Source: Octopus sinensis
Taxonomy: Eukaryota
Assembly (NCBI RefSeq): GCF_006345805.1
Contig: NC_043002.1
Location: 25,296,001-25,360,000 of the forward strand
Direction of reading: 5' to 3'
Length of the DNA: 64,000 bases
This document shows positions 1-11,106 of the stretch, one piece after another. Positions within the stretch are counted from its first letter, which is position 1. Each line of letters opens with the position of its first letter. A program made the position numbers and the translations under genes. The notes beneath the pieces are model-generated. The model was not told the origin of the DNA. It made no database searches and saw nothing but the letters and a program-made list of their open reading frames with translations.

Positions 1-899
1 TAATGTCTACAAAAATTGTGTGATGTTTTATTTATAAAGTAGAGAATAAAATGAAACTAAGTCAGTTAATTAAACTTAACAGATATAACTATGTATTTGT
101 AAATTGAATGAAAAATGCAGCATTTTATTTCTATGTGGTCACTTCTATTTTTATATTGGATGCCAACGTCTATGTACATAGACAACAACTTTTGGAAATT
201 GATAAGGAATAACGGTCAATATAAAGACCTTCACCCGGGAACAAAAAAAAAAATCCGGCCTGGTCACCCCCCCCCTTCCAGGCTGGTTTATTTATTTATT
301 TATTTTTTTTTGTTCCCGAGTGAAGGTCTTTATATTTACCAGAATAACCAGTTTTTGAAAATTGATAGGAATAATTTACGCATATATTTTATATTTGTAA
401 AAATTAACATTATTTGCCGACTAGTGCTGAAGTTTCGGACGGATTGTTTTAAAGAGAGAGAGATTTTTTTTTTTATCTGGGACCCATCCGAAACATGAAA
501 ACAACTCATTCCGCATTCTAATTTTTTGTTTTACGAGTGTATTATTCTATGTTACTGTGTGTTTATTGTCTTTCTTGTCGATGTGTACATACATACAGCT
601 GTTCTATTCCAAATAAGATAAAGGCATACCCCCAAATTCTGGTAAATGTGTAGGATGTCGGCGTCATTTTTTTGGGGCATTCTTTCGATATAACTCGACA
701 AAATCAAAACATTTCATTTCAGGTATTTCCGTGGGTTGTGGAGTTTAGATAGAACGAAATCATACCAGCAATGTCTCATTTTAAACTTGAAGAAAATAAG
801 CCTTGCATATTTGTTCTCACCTGTTTCATGTGTGTATGTAAAATCTGGAAATTTCCAAGCAGCAAAAGACCTCTAAATGAAGTAAAAACTATAACATAT

Positions 900-2130
900 T
901 CAGAACACTATTTCAGAAAATTATCCCTGTTCAACACCAACGTCAGAATCGCCATCTTCATCTCCTTTGGTTTCCTTCTCTGTTTACCAAATGTCATGAA
1001 TGATCTTGTCTAGTTTTTCTTCTTCAGTGTTGATCTCTGGGACAACAACAGCACCCTCATCTACAGACAACCAGTTCTCGAATTGCTCTTTGGTCAGTCC
1101 AGTAGGCAGTGAAGGCAGGATCAAATCTTCGTTACCATTTATGGCTTCTTTTGATTCTTTGGCCAAAACAAAACCAGCTTTGATCCAACAGTGTTTGATT
1201 GTCTGGCTAGAGACTTTCTTCCAAGCTACGCTTAACATGTACATGGCATCCAAAATGGTGATCCACTTTGCAAAATTCTTGGGCAAAAATGTCACGTGCA
1301 GTGTCTTCCATAACCTCAATGATCTTCTTATGCATTTCATGTCTGAAGTAGGCTTACAAGGTCTTGATTATCCCCATTTCACAGGACTGCAGCACTGATG
1401 TTGTGTTAGGAGGAAGAAATTTTGAAGTGATGTCCTTGAGATCATTGATGACTATATGAGAAGAGCAATTGTCAAGTAGGACCACCACTTGTCTTCCAGA
1501 TTTCTGCGAATGACAATCCTAAGATCTGAGTCCATCTTCCATAGATTTTTTCTGTCATCCAAACATTGGTTGAAAAGTCGTACTGAATCAGAAGCGTTTT
1601 GATATTTTTGAAGCATCTTTCTGATTAAGAACAAGTCTTCTTTGCCTCCATTCATGTTGCAGGTCACTATCAAGGTCACATGGTCCTTTGCCATCTTAAA
1701 GTCCCTCACAGTTTTCTTGCAACTCTTGTTGACATACGTATTTCCTGGTGATGCACGAAAGTAGATCCCAGTTTCATTGACATTGTAGATGTCCTGTGGC
1801 TGATATGATTTCCACAGAAGCTGCATGGTTGTCTCATGAAATTGATGGGTGCCATTGACATCAGCTTCAGCTGCAAAGTATGAAATGTTTAGTTTGTGTT
1901 CTCTGAAGAGAAAAATGTGAACTAGTAAACTACAACGCTTACTTTTTAGAATCATAAAAGAGATTCCATGTCTTTTTTGCCAATGGTGAAACCAACCTTC
2001 GACTGCCTTAAAATCATGTCCAGCAGCTTGAGCTATGGTGTTGGCTTTGCACATTAGGATCGGGCCATTGATGGACCTTAACCTGCCGGTGACTTTATAT
2101 TATAGTGTGTCACTTTCATTTTATCAAAAC
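900..2130 (-). mobile_element. Degenerate pogo/Tigger (DDE_1, CENP-B-like) DNA transposon
   Basis: Frameshifted ORFs 1452-2054 and 984-1340 with GWFHHWQKRHGI, DIYNVNETGIYF, KDHVTLIVTCNMNG and ITILDAMYMLSVAWKKV..TIKHCWIKAGF motifs. Confidence 0.85.
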
Positions 2131-2409
2131 TGTTGTGGATATTTTGTTTGGCAGTCCAAGAAAGATTTTTATTTTTGATGCCCTGATGCAACCAGCTCTT
2201 TCAACACAGGATGTTTTGGGGTGTATTTAAGAATTATTTGTGTTAGGCTAGGGGTGTGATTTTATTGTATTGTTTAGATTGTTGTTGTTGTTTTTAAGAG
2301 TAGAGGTGTGTTTATAGGGAGATTTGACTATGATTTCTAGCAGGTCAAGCAGACTCATGTCTAAAATAGCAGAAACTATTCAATTACTGAATAATGATGA
2401 TAATAATCC

Positions 2410-2625
2410 TTTCTACTAAAGGCACAAGGCCTGAAATTTTGTGGGAGGGGACTAGTTGATTACATCAACCCCAGTGTTTCACTGGTACTTAATTTATCAA
2501 CCCTGAAAGGATGAAAGGCAAAGTCAACCTCGGCAGAATTTGAACTTAGAATGTAGCGACGGGCAAAATACTGCTAAGTATTTCATCCAACATGTTAACG
2601 ATTCTACCAGCTCACCGCCTTATTG
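2410..2625 (-). mobile_element. tRNA-derived SINE, family A (central GAGGTCGACTTTGCCTTTCATCCTTT domain, possibly MetaSINE-like)
   Basis: Reverse strand GGCGGTGAGCTGG..GTTCAAATT A/B-box head. Related copies near 2655-3115, 11440-11540, 22740-22860, 44830-45010, 53405-53600 and 62335-62530. Confidence 0.75.
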
Positions 2626-2654
2626 ATAATAATTATAATAATGGTAGTAATAAT

Positions 2655-3115
2655 AATCCTTTCTGCTGAAGGTACAAGGCCTTGAAATTTTGTAGGAGGA
2701 GACTAGTCAATTACATTGACCTCAGTGTTTCACTGGTACTCAATTTATCAACCCTGAAAGGATGAAAGGCAAAGTCGACCTCGGCAGAATTTGAACTCGC
2801 TGCCTTGACTGGCTTCTGTGCCGGTGGCACGTAAAGAGCACCAACCAATTGTGGCCATTGCCAGCCTCGCCTGGCATGTAAAAAGCACCCACTACACTTA
2901 CAGAGTGGTTGGCGTTAGGAAGGGCATCCAGCTGTAGAAACACTGCCAGATCAGACTGGAGCCTGGTGCAGCCTTCTGGCTTCCCAGACCCAAGTTGAAC
3001 CGTCCAACCCATGCTAGCATGGAAAACGGACGTTAAACGATGATGATGTAGTGATGGGTGAAATACCACTAAGCATTTCAGCTGGTGTGCTAACGATTCT
3101 ACCAGCTCACCGCTT
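2655..3115 (-). mobile_element. Family A SINE interrupted by an RTE 3'-end fragment (2799-3050, +)
   Basis: SINE sequence stops at aatttgaactc and resumes at atgtagtgatggg after the RTE (GAT)n tail. Confidence 0.7.
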
Positions 3116-4037
3116 TGATAGTAATAATAATAATAATGTTATCATTTTTATGTCCACTCCACACTTAGATGGGTTGAACGTTTTGATTGGAATAAAAGTA
3201 AATAAACAATTTTTATGTATTTTTAAATTGTTAATGTGGTTTTTTCATTCATGGAATTGTTATTCATCATCATTTAACATCCTTTTTTCCATGCTGGTGT
3301 GGGTTGCATGGTTTAACAGGAACTGGCAAGTCAGAGTGCTGTGCCATACTCCAGTGTCTTCTATGGCATGGTTTCTACAGCTGGATGCTCTTCCTCTTGC
3401 CAGCCACCTCATAGAGTGTACTGGGTGCACTTTTTTTTTGCAACACCAGCACTGGCGAGGTCACCAAGTACCTGTATGACAATCCCTCAACTGAGTGGGG
3501 TGTAGTATTCAGGGATTGTTTTGTTTGTTCACTTTCTGTCCATATTTCCATATTAGCATAGTTAAACAAAAGAATATTATTGAGGTATTGTTTACTGCTT
3601 GATGCTCTTCCAAGTTTTCAAGTAAGGGAATTATTTGTCTTCAAAAGTGCAGAGTTAGCTGATTATTTGTGTGGATGCTGTTAGTTGGGGTCCTCTACTG
3701 TAGGCTGACCAATACTTTGTGAGTGAAATTTAGTGGGCAGAAACTGGAAGAAACCCATTATCATATGTGTATGTGTGTGCATGTATAACTGTATATTCCC
3801 TTTGTCTAGACATGTGCTTTCTGATTGTAAACGAAGCATCTCCATTCATAAAAATGGTATACCTAGAAGGTGAGGCTTGATTACAGGGAGAGTATCAGAC
3901 CATAGAAAACTCTACCTCATCTGAGTTTTGTCTGACCCATGCAAGCAAAGAAAAGTAGATGTGAAAATGATGATGGTATATAGATTGCATATACAATCGT
4001 ATATTAAAATTATCAAATCTTACTCATTGTATTCTAG

Positions 4038-4165
4038 GTACTATAATAGACTCCACAAAGCCTTTTATTTCCATCCAAAATGAATATGCAGACGCAGAGA
4101 AGACTTGGATATTTTGTTATCCTGGAGAAAAGCGAAATATTTATAAACTCTGGATGTCACCAATG
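4038..4165 (+). CDS. NEMP1: NEMP coding exon (first identifiable; xTIIDSTKPFISIQNEYADAEKTWIFCYPGEKRNIYKLWMSPM)
   Basis: Acceptor attctag at 4031-4037, donor ATG|gtaagt at 4166. Open frame with FCY motif; phase 0 end matches the next exon. Confidence 0.82.
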
Positions 4166-7100
4166 GTAAGTTGATCTTCTTTACTATCACCTCTTTTCTG
4201 ACAATTCAGTAGTTATTTTACTGGCTCAAATCTCACTCTGCCATCTTATACAATAGGGCACTTTGAATGAAGTTTTAGATACACTCTGATTGCAAACAAG
4301 GCCAGGTGTCATGGCTGGAATGCCTTCATTAATATGACTGCATAAATCAGAGTTTACCTGTGCCTAGGTCTCATCATCATCATTAGTTTACATTTGCTTT
4401 CCATGCTGGTATTGGTTGGATGAGTCATCGCTGTTTAGGTCTTTTCTTACCAGTAACTGTCCATTCTTTCCAGTATGAGCACCAGTTTATGGGAGTAGCA
4501 GCTCTCAATAAGAAATAATAATACTGTGACAACCTGTCCAATCCATGCTAGCATGAAAAACTGATGTAAAACTTTAAAAAATAATTACAGACTAGCATTC
4601 TGTTGTTCAACCAACTGTACCACAATACTCACCTAAACAATGATAATAAATATTGATTCCCTTTGATTGAGTACAGATCAATTTTTGAAAAGCAGTTTGG
4701 TTTACCAGTTGAATGACTGGTATATCTTAGGATATATCCAATGGTACATATCATTGGATCTTGTTTATATATCCCAAAGAAAGGAAAGGTACAAGTAAGC
4801 CATTGTACTTAGCCTTCATTGACCTGGAGAAAGCTTTTGTCAGGGTCCCTCACTCTCTTATTTGGTGGTCTCTAAGGAAGCTAGGAGTGGCTTATTAGAG
4901 CCGTTCAGGCCATGTACAGTAAAGTGAGAGTTGGACTTGAATAGAATTGAAGCAGAATAGACTTGAAAAGACTCTGAAGCAGAATTGGAGAAGTTCCGGG
5001 TTTAGAAGCAAAACCTGGAATCAAAGGGCCTTAAAGTTAACTAAGTTGTTGTTAGAGAGAAAGGAGATAAGACTCATTCCAGTTGGCAAATGGCCCTGTT
5101 CAATATGTAGGAAAGGAGTGAGATGTAATTCCATTTGCTGCACCAAATGTAAGCTATGGATACATAAGTGATGCAATTGAATTGTGAGAAGGATATCAGA
5201 TAAGGTTGCTTTCGAGTGTGACAGGTGCACAGGAACAGTAAGTACTAAGAGCATGAGAGACTTAAACTGTCTCAAATGTCCAGGAGGCTCTCTTGAGGTA
5301 GTAGATAGTTTCTGCTATTTAGGTGACCAAATTAGTCAGTATTGTTTCTAGAATAAGAATAGGTGGAGGAAGTTCAGAGAACTACTGCCTCTGTTAGCAG
5401 CAAAAGGACTCTCTCTCTCAAAGTGAAAGGGAGATTGTATGATGCTTGAGTGAGAATGGCTATGTTACATGGTAGTGAGACATGGGCACTGACTGTGAAG
5501 GACATGCATAGGTTGGAGAGGAATGAAGGTAGTATGCTCTGTTGGATTTGCAATGTCAGTGTGCATGACCAGCAAAGCACAACTGTGTTGAGAGAAAAGG
5601 TAGGTGTAAGAGAGATTAAATGTGGTATGCAGGAGAGGAGACTGCATTGGTTTGGACATGTGGTGCATATGAGTAAAGACAGCTGTATACAGAAGTGCCT
5701 GTCACTGAAAGTGGATGGTACTTGTGGAAGAGGGAGACCCAGAAAGACATGGGATGAAGTGGTGAGGACTGATTTTAGGATGTTGGGACTCATGGAGGAA
5801 ATGACAGTGGACCAAGATGTTTGGCAATATGAGGCTCTAGAGAAGACCTGTCCACAAAACTGAGTGGTAGAAGAGTTATGTCCCACCCACATGTAACAAC
5901 ACACTTTTCACCCACTCTACCCTAAGAATCCAAACTACAACTCCTCTTCTAACTGCATCTTTTGCTTCTTCACACACACACACACATATATATATATACA
6001 CATACATATATATTATACATGTGTATGTGTGTAAAAAGCACCAGTGCTGGTGTTATGTTAAAAGCGCCCAGTACATTCTGTAAAGTGGTTGGTATTAGGA
6101 AGCTGTAACCAGCTCCTGTCAAGCCGCCCAGACCATACCAGCTTGGAAAATAGTCATTAAATGATGACAGTGATGATAATATATGAGAGAGAGAGAGAGA
6201 GAGAGAAAATTTTTACCAGTCCAAAGATCAGGTGTTAGTTTTCCATCTCATATTGTAAATTATATTTCAATGCAGCAGTTTTGCTTTCTTTTGGCAAGAT
6301 ACTTCATTCTACTTACCTCAGATCTTCTGGGAATTTTACTATTTTCTTCCCCACCTTAATATTATGGTGTTCATCTGATGGAAACTGTTACCAATTATCT
6401 TTTTTCTATTTAAATCACATAAATGTTTCAAATATTCAAAAGTTATATAACTGATGAGTTTCTTTCCCTTCTTTCTTTTTTTTATGTTTAGTTGAAATTG
6501 AATATCAACGATGAGTATTCAGTGAGTTATGGTGATAATGCTTTGGAAACTGAAGCAAGTGCCTCTTCATTTAGTTTCAACATAATACGTAACAAATTGT
6601 TTCAAAACAAAGAAATTTCTTTGCGTCCTTTTAATTCAACTTGTGTGCGAATCAGTACAACAAATGATTTTTCTGTACAACTGAGAACAAAAGGTATGTG
6701 TAAACACTTAAACATTTCTAACCCTTTCTTTTGGCTAATGAGACAAGCAAGCCTTCATTAATTAATTTATTGGCTTTTCCTCAGATTTCCATTTTTAGTT
6801 GTTTTAATTTTGTTTCTATTAGATTCAGTGAGACACCTACAATTTCTTAGCAAGGAATCAACTAGTTGACTTTTGTTATGTGTTAATCTCAAGAATACCT
6901 TTGTTATGGTTGCTTGTTCTATATATATATACTTAATTTGTAGGCATTCCTATATACACTTAGTTTATAGGCATTCCATAAACTAAGTGTATATGAATTG
7001 TTTATGTGAGTTGTGCAAGCCATGTAAGAAGATATAAGCAAGGTTGGGCTTGGAAACAAGCTCAGTGAAGAAATTATTATACAAGCAGGTATACATCTTG

Positions 7101-7277
7101 GTTTTGTCCTCAGCTTTTTGCTATTCGTTATAGTTTTCTCATCTCACTGACCACCACTAATGGCTCTGTAGAACCAGATTTATCAGAAATTTGCTCTTCT
7201 GTGTTTTTCATCAATGGTCATTGAGAATTTTTGTAAAAGTTAATGTTGAGGCTACACAGACTGGTTGTCTTTGGAGC

Positions 7278-7331
<54 letters not shown>

Positions 7332-10300
7332 TCATCATCATCATCGTTTAACGTCCGCTTTCCATGCTAGCATGGGTTGGACGGTTCAACTGGGGTCTGG
7401 GGAGCCCGAAGGCTACACCAGGCCAGTCAGATCTGGCAGTGTTTCTACAGCTGGATGCCCTTCCTAACGCCAACCACTCCGAGAGTGTAGTGGGTGATTT
7501 TATGTGCCACCGACACAGGTGCCAGACGAGGCTGGCGAACGGCCACGCTCGGATGGTGTTTTTATGTGCCACCGACACAGGTGCCAGACGAGGCTGGCAG
7601 ACGGCCACGCTTGGATGGTGTTTTTATATGCCACCGACACAGGTGCCAGACGAGGCTGGCAGACGGCCATGCTCGGATGGTGTTTTTATGTGCCACCGGC
7701 ACTGGTACCACAAGGATACAAATTCCATTGATGTTCATCTATTTTGATTTGGTTTGACTTGATTCGATTTGACTTTGATTTGATTTGCCTCAACAGGTCT
7801 TCACAAGTGTCACAAGCAGGAAGGTATGCACAGGCGGACTGACTAAGTCCCAGGTAGGGGCCACGGGTTATGGCTTCACTAGTCTTGCCGGGTCTTCTCA
7901 CGCACAGCATACTTCCATAGGTCTCGGTCTCTGGTCATTTCCATGGTGAGACCTAACGTTCGAAGGTCGTGCTTCACCACCTCGTCCCAGGTTTTCCTGG
8001 GTCTACCTCTTCCACGGGTTCCCTCAACTGCTAGGGATTGGCACTTTCTCACACACCTATCTTCATCCATTCTCGCCACATGACCATACCATCGCAATCG
8101 TCTCTCTTGCACGTAACAACTGATGCTTCTTAGATACAACATTTCTCTTAGGGAACTAACACTCTGTCGAGTAAGTACACTGACATTACACATCCATCGG
8201 AGCATACTGGCTTCATTCCTCATGAGCTTACGCATGTCCTCAGCAGTCACGGCCCATGTTTCACTGCCATGTAGCATGGCAGTTCGAATACATGCATCAT
8301 ACAGTCTGCCCTTTACTCTGAGCGAGAGGCCTTTAGTCACCAGCAGAGGTAAGAGCTCCCTAAACTTTGCCCAGGCTATTCTTATTCTAGCAGTTACACT
8401 CTCAGCGCACCCACCCCCACTACTGACTTGGTCACCTAGATAACGGAAGCTATCAACTACTTCTAATTTTTCCCCCTGGAAAGTGACGGAAGTTGTTTTC
8501 TGCAGATTTTCGGAGGTCAATGCTCCCGAGCATCTGCCACATACAAAAACTATCTTCCTAGTTAGCCTTCCTTTGACATTGCTGCACCTCTCATGTGTCC
8601 ATAGCTTACACTGGGTACATCTTATAGAGTTTCTACCTACGCCTTTTCTACAGATCGAGCAGGGCCATCTTCCTGAGGACATTTGTGGATTGCCTACCTT
8701 TCTACTTATTAGTACTTTGGTTTTAGCTAGGTTGACTCTAAGGCCCCTCGATTCTAAACCCTCCTTCCACACCTGGAACTTCTCCTCCAGTTCTGATAGT
8801 GACTCAGCAATTAGAGCGAGGTCGTCAGCATAGAGGAGCTCCCAGGGGCAACCTGTCTTGAATTCCTCTGTTATTGCCTGGAGGACTATGATAAATAGGA
8901 GGGGGCTGAGTACTGAGCCCTGGTGGACCCCAACCTCTACTTTGAATTCTTCTGTGTACATGTTGCCAACCCTATATATATATATAACTCCAAGAAAATT
9001 AGGGGTTGTGAATCCAACCTACTAAGGGATAATATCTATCCAATATACTGTTGCTAGAATACCCACTTATTAATACACAAGTGATTTTTATTGTATTGCA
9101 ATTACATTACCTAGTGTATTAAATGAGTGAAGGTAAAGAGATAGAGAGTCATTGCTCCAAAACCACCAATTACTCACTATTAAATTACACATGACCAATG
9201 CAATAAATATAACAGAAACTGGCTTACCTTGTGTGGAACACAGAAGTCAGGATCAATTGATAATATTCACCACATTACGTGGTGTGCGTCCTTTTCTTTT
9301 GAATGTCCCCGCGACATTCAAAACAAACTTATTGTGAGCTAGTATAAATTTAATTTAATAAGTATTATTACCGTTTTTAATAATAATAATAATAATAATA
9401 AACTGTCCCAAACTTTGACATCGAGAGTTACACAAATACTAGAACTGGGCGCCACTGCATAGTGCCAAGGACTCCAAATTTGCCATCAAGATGTAGGACA
9501 AGATACTGCGATAGCCTGGGCTTCAGAGGTCTACAGCTCTTCAATATCCTCCCGAAGGACCTGAGAGACCTGCATGGGGTGAATGCAGATGTCTTCAAAA
9601 TAAAGTTGGACCTCTTCCTGTCAGGTGTTCCAGATGAACCAACTTCACGGCAGGAGGTGCAGATGAGGGCAGCTGCATCAAACTCTCTCATGCACCAAAT
9701 GTCAATTGCTAAAAAGCATTCGTGAAGTAAAATCATGTAGCATCACTGAATGGCGGTGCCCCAGCTTGGCCACAGCTCGTGAGCTGAAACTAGATCAAAT
9801 GAAAGGAAAAAATTAAATGACTAGCAAGTTTACACCTTTACAGGTAAAATAGAAACTAAATTCAAATTCAATAGAGTATTTAAATATCACTTGCTATGAA
9901 CAGAGCCATTACTCCAAAATCACCAATTACTCACAATTAATATACACACAGTAAGTGCAATAAATATAACAGAAACAGTAATTGGTGTTTTTGGAGTGAT
10001 GACTCTGTTTGTAGCAAGTGTTATTTAAATACCCTATTGAATTTGATTTTAGTTTCTATTTTACCTGTAAAGGTAAACTTGCTAGCCACTTTATTATTAT
10101 CATTATTATTGCTATTAATAACAGTAATAATACTTATTTAATTTATATAGGCATCACTGTCAGCAGTGATTTGCGTTGGACAAAGCATATCTCTAAAATT
10201 GTCAAGAAGGCCGAGGGTGTCTTGGCATCACTCAGCAAGACTTTTGTTAGCTGCTCTCCAGCCATCTATTTAAAACTGTATACAGCTATGGTACGACCAC

Positions 10301-10787
10301 ACTTGGAATTCGCATCATCAGTTTGGAACCCCTAACTTGCTCAGAACATTGACCTCCTGGAATCTGTTCAGAGACGTGCAACCAAACGCATACCCTCCAT
10401 CAGACACCTACCATATTCCGAGCGCCTTGTTTCCCTGGGCATGGATTCACTGAAGCTCCGGCGTCTGGCGACAGACTTGGTAAACGCCCACAAAGTTGTC
10501 AACCACCTCACCAATAACAACACTGAACACGTTTTTGATCTCCATGTGTCTAACACACGTGGACATGCCTACAAAGTCAGAAAACAACACAGCTCCCATG
10601 ACTTTCGGAAACATTTCTTCACGCTCAGAGTTGCTGAAGCATGGAATAAACTGCCTGCGTCAGTTGTTGACTGCCATGACACTGCATCCTTTAAGGCCCT
10701 CATGCTTTCCGAAATCCGTCGAAACTACACCTGATTATATATGCACTTTAGATGAGTTGTAGTGCACCTGAGCACTGTACACAATGT

Positions 10788-10831
<44 letters not shown>

Positions 10832-11062
10832 GGCGTTAGGAAGGGCATCCAGCTGTAGAAACTCTGCCAGATCAAGATTGGAGCCTGGTGCAGCCATTTG
10901 GCTCACCAGCCCTCAGTTAAAAAACGTCCAACCCATGCTAGCATGGAAAGCGGACGTTAAATGATGATGATGATGAATCCAAACATGTTCAAGTAAGAAA
11001 AAACAACAATGCAAGGACGTGGAATAAGTTCAGTGTTATTGGACGCTCAGGAAAGGAGAATA

Positions 11063-11106
<44 letters not shown>

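Noticed and set aside
115-498. 127-aa ORF as a complete gene or the NEMP first exon
   Set aside because: It runs through homopolymers and low-complexity sequence with no recognisable domain. The only phase-compatible donor is weak, so it is noted only as a possibility.
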